From positions 800,001 through 864,000 of the forward strand of contig CAVXPZ010000001.1 in the NCBI GenBank assembly GCA_963763775.1: a DNA stretch of 64,000 bases, given 5' to 3'. Made by a program: the position numbers and the translations under genes. The stretch comes from an uncultured Chloroflexia bacterium. Its GTDB lineage: Bacteria; Chloroflexota; Limnocylindria; Limnocylindrales; CSP1-4. The stretch's first letter is position 1, and every line of letters begins with the position of its first letter. The notes beneath the pieces are model-generated. The model was given only the letters and a program-made list of their open reading frames with translations. It searched no databases and was not told the DNA's origin. Shown piece by piece: positions 61,025 through 64,000 of the stretch.

Positions 61025-64000
61025 GAGGCGGGCCGCGATCTCCGGGTCCAGCGCCTCGGCCGCCGCGACCGCGGTCTCCATCGCCGTGAGGCACAGGATC
61101 CCCTCGGCGGTGGCCGCGAGCCGGATCTCCGCGGCATCGCGGACGGCCCCCGAGCGCGGCGTCGGGGTGTTCACGACGAGCCGGACCTCGCCGCTCGCGA
61201 TGAGCTCGAGGATCGCGGTCTCGCCGAGGGCCTCGTCGGCGGCTTCGCCGAGCTTCGCCACCGGCCGGGCCTCGTAGCCGGCCGCGGCGAGGGCCGCACG
61301 CGTCCCGGGCGTCGCCGCCATCCGGTAGCCCGCCGCCGCGAGCGCGGCCGCGAGCCGGCCGAGGCTCGCCTTGTCGCGATCCGCGATCGAGAGCAGCGCG
61401 AGCGCGCCGCCCGCTCCCGGTCGCGGTGGCACCAGTGCCGCCCCGAGGAGCGCCTTCGCGAGGGCGACGCGAGGGTCCGTGTGCAGGCCGATGACCTCGC
61501 CCGTGGACTGCATGCCCGGCCCGACCGACGGGTCGACGCCGCGGAGCTTGGCCGTCGAGAACGCCGGGGCCTTCACCGCGACGAAGTCCGGCTCGGGGCG
61601 GAGGCCGCCCGCCCAGCCGAGCTCCGGAAGCGTGGCCCCGAGCGAGATCCGCACGGCCAGCTCGACCATCGGCACACCCGTGACCTTGGACAGGAACGGG
61701 ACCGTCCGGGAGGCGCGTGGGTTGACCTCGATGAGGTACACGCCGTCGTCGCGGACGATGAACTGGGCGTTGACCAGGCCGCGCGCGCCGAGCGCGAGCA
61801 CGATGCGCTCCATCGTGGCGACGATGAGCGCCTGGTCGCCCGCGGACACGTTCTGTGGCGGGAACAGGCCGACCGAGTCGCCCGAGTGGACGCCGGCCCG
61901 CTCGACGTGCTCCAGAAGGCCCGGGATGAGCACCAGCTCGCCGTCCGAGACCGCATCGACGTCGACCTCGACGCCCTCGAGGTACCGGTCGATCCGCACC
62001 GGCCGGTCGGGATCCACGACGGTCGCCATCGCGAGCTGGCGCTCGAGGTCCTCGGGCGAGTAGCAGAAGTCGATCGCGAGGCCGCCGATCACGAACGATG
62101 GCCGGACGATGACCGGGTAGCCGATGCGCTCCGCGAGGGTGAGGGCCTCGTCCACGCTGTGCGCCATGCCGCCCTCGGGCTGCGGGATGCCGAGCCGGTC
62201 GAGCAGCGCGGAGAAGCGCGTGCGCTCCTCGGCCTGGTCGATGGCCTCCAGGTCCGAGCCGAGCAGCGGGACGCCGGCGGCGGCCAGCGGCGCGGCGAGG
62301 TTGAGCGGCGTCTGGCCGCCGAACGCGACCACGGCCGGCAGCAGCGGGACGCCGTCGGGCGATTCGGCGTCGATGACGCTCATGACGCTCTCGGGGTCGA
62401 GCGGCTCGAAGTACAGGCGAGACGACGCGTCGAAGTCGGTCGAGACGGTCTCCGGGTTCGAGTTGATCATCACCGCGCGCCAGCCGGCGCGGCGGAGCGT
62501 GTCCGCGGCCTGGACCGCGCAGTAGTCGAACTCGATCCCCTGCCCGATCCGCACCGGCCCGGAGCCGATCACGAGCGCCGCGGGCCGCTCCACCGGCGGC
62601 GCCTCGGGGGCGGATCCGGCGGCGGCGTAGGTCGCGTAGAAGTACGGCGTCTCGGCGGCGAACTCGGCGGCGCACGTGTCGACCATCGCGTAGCCCGGGC
62701 GGATCCCGAGGGCCAGCCGCGCGGCCCGGAGCGCGTCGCCGGTCGTGCCGGCGAGTCCCGCGAGCTCGCGGTCGCCGAACCCGGCCCGCTTGACGGTCGC
62801 GAGGAGCGTCGCCGCCTCCGCGTCCGTCGGGTCGGCGAGGCGTGGGCCCGTCGCCGTCACCTCGGCCTCCAGCGCGACGTTCCGGCCCATCTCCGCGAGG
62901 AACCACGCCGAGATGCCGGTCGCCTCCCCCACGGTCGCCTCGGGCACGCCCCGCCGGAGCAGGCCGAGCAGCCGCCACAGCCGGCTGTCGGACGGCTCGA
63001 GGAAGCGCTTGAGGACGATCGGGGCCGCGGTCCGCTGGGCGTGGCGGGTGGACTCGCAGGCCTGTCCCGCCTCGTCGACCCACCGGATGGGCTCGTCGGC
63101 CTCCGGGTCGCCGGCATAGACCCCGGCCAGATAGTCGAACGTGGGCGTCCAGCTCGCGTCCTCGGCGAGCGGCCCGACGCCGGCCTGTTCGAGGCCGCGC
63201 AGGGCCTTGTTGAGCGCCGACCCGAACGTGCGGTCGATCGCCATGACCTCGCCGGTCGCCTTCATCTGGCTGCCCAGCGTCCGGTCGGCGCCCGGGAACT
63301 TGTCGAACGGGAAGCGCGGCAGCTTGACCACGACGTAGTCGAGCGCCGGCTCGAACGCCGCGACGGTCGTCCCGGTGACGACGTTCGGGATCTCGGCGAG
63401 CCGTCGGCCGATGGCGATCTGTGCCGCGACCCGCGCGATCGGGTAGCCCGTCGCCTTCGAGGCGAGCGCGGACGAGCGCGAGACCCTCGGATTGACCTCG
63501 ATCACCGCGTACTCGGTCGAGTCCGGCGAGAGCGCGAACTGGACGTTGCAGCCGCCCTCCACGCCGAGCGCCCGGATGATCGCGAGGGCCGCGCTGCGCA
63601 GCCGCTGGTGGACCGCGTCGGTCAGGGTCTGGACCGGCGCGACGACGATCGAGTCGCCGGTGTGGACCCCGAGCGGGTCGACGTTCTCCATCGAGCAGAC
63701 GGCGATGCACGTGTCGTCGGCGTCGCGCATGACCTCGTACTCGATCTCCTGCCAGCCGACGAGGCACTTCTCGACCATCACCTGGTCGATCGGGCTGGCC
63801 CGCAGACCGGCGCGGATCCGCTCGCGGTACGCCGCCTCGGTCTCGACGATGCCGCCGCCCGTGCCGCCGAGCGTGAACGCGGGTCGGACGATGGCCGGGA
63901 GACCGATCTCCTGGAGGGCCCGCTCGACGTCCTCGGCCGTCTCCACGATCCAGCTCGGGGCGTACGGCTGGCCGAGACGGTCGAGCAGGTCGCGGAAGGC
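60968..64000 (-). CDS. carB: Carbamoyl-phosphate synthase large subunit (5' end outside window)
   Basis: RPAFTLGGTGGG, DPLGVHTGDS, IEVNPRVSRSSALASKATGYP, GSGPVRIGQGIEFDY and NPETVSTD; C-terminal MGS domain. Confidence 0.97.
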   Translation of the reverse strand, partial: AFRDLLDRLGQPYAPSWIVETAEDVERALQEIGLPAIVRPAFTLGGTGGGIVETEAAYRERIRAGLRASPIDQVMVEKCLVGWQEIEYEVMRDADDTCIAVCSMENVDPLGVHTGDSIVVAPVQTLTDAVHQRLRSAALAIIRALGVEGGCNVQFALSPDSTEYAVIEVNPRVSRSSALASKATGYPIARVAAQIAIGRRLAEIPNVVTGTTVAAFEPALDYVVVKLPRFPFDKFPGADRTLGSQMKATGEVMAIDRTFGSALNKALRGLEQAGVGPLAEDASWTPTFDYLAGVYAGDPEADEPIRWVDEAGQACESTRHAQRTAAPIVLKRFLEPSDSRLWRLLGLLRRGVPEATVGEATGISAWFLAEMGRNVALEAEVTATGPRLADPTDAEAATLLATVKRAGFGDRELAGLAGTTGDALRAARLALGIRPGYAMVDTCAAEFAAETPYFYATYAAAGSAPEAPPVERPAALVIGSGPVRIGQGIEFDYCAVQAADTLRRAGWRAVMINSNPETVSTDFDASSRLYFEPLDPESVMSVIDAESPDGVPLLPAVVAFGGQTPLNLAAPLAAAGVPLLGSDLEAIDQAEERTRFSALLDRLGIPQPEGGMAHSVDEALTLAERIGYPVIVRPSFVIGGLAIDFCYSPEDLERQLAMATVVDPDRPVRIDRYLEGVEVDVDAVSDGELVLIPGLLEHVERAGVHSGDSVGLFPPQNVSAGDQALIVATMERIVLALGARGLVNAQFIVRDDGVYLIEVNPRASRTVPFLSKVTGVPMVELAVRISLGATLPELGWAGGLRPEPDFVAVKAPAFSTAKLRGVDPSVGPGMQSTGEVIGLHTDPRVALAKALLGAALVPPRPGAGGALALLSIADRDKASLGRLAAALAAAGYRMAATPGTRAALAAAGYEARPVAKLGEAADEALGETAILELIASGEVRLVVNTPTPRSGAVRDAAEIRLAATAEGILCLTAMETAVAAAEALDPEIAARLSDVRSLDEWVPGGIAVHA

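Overview
This is a very GC-rich bacterial chromosomal window. Gene content and style suggest Chloroflexota, possibly a Limnocylindria-like lineage (inference only). Scattered single-base frameshifts look like an unpolished long-read or metagenomic consensus. From left to right it holds: (1) a glycine-betaine/choline-type cluster (GcvT-family oxidoreductase, choline-kinase-like gene, APC permease) and a phosphoesterase; (2) a methyltransferase and a class II aldolase; (3) a degenerate secretion-ATPase / AAA+ / VWA operon and a membrane protein with a FYVE-like Zn finger; (4) an ABC exporter-rsgA-GNAT-GNAT operon behind a long structured leader (uORFs, intrinsic terminator, anti-SD helix); (5) three ECF sigma/anti-sigma pairs spread through the window; (6) a ~16 kb carbon monoxide dehydrogenase region with a form I coxMSL (AYRCSFR), a form II-like S-L-M set (AYRGAGR) and accessory genes with unusual fusions; (7) a TPR-rhomboid protease; (8) two tandem paralogous TadE-TadE-TadG pilus-tip cassettes, each preceded by a conserved 70-bp non-coding element; (9) a SRAP gene, an M16 peptidase pair, an ArsR regulator with two copies of a palindromic operator, a CopC locus and carB. 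No rRNA, tRNA, CRISPR array, transposase or integrase was recognised. The best candidates for undescribed biology are the twin Tad tip cassettes with their shared upstream element, and the two-tier riboregulatory leader of the ABC-rsgA-GNAT operon. All calls come from motif reading by eye; no database searches were run.
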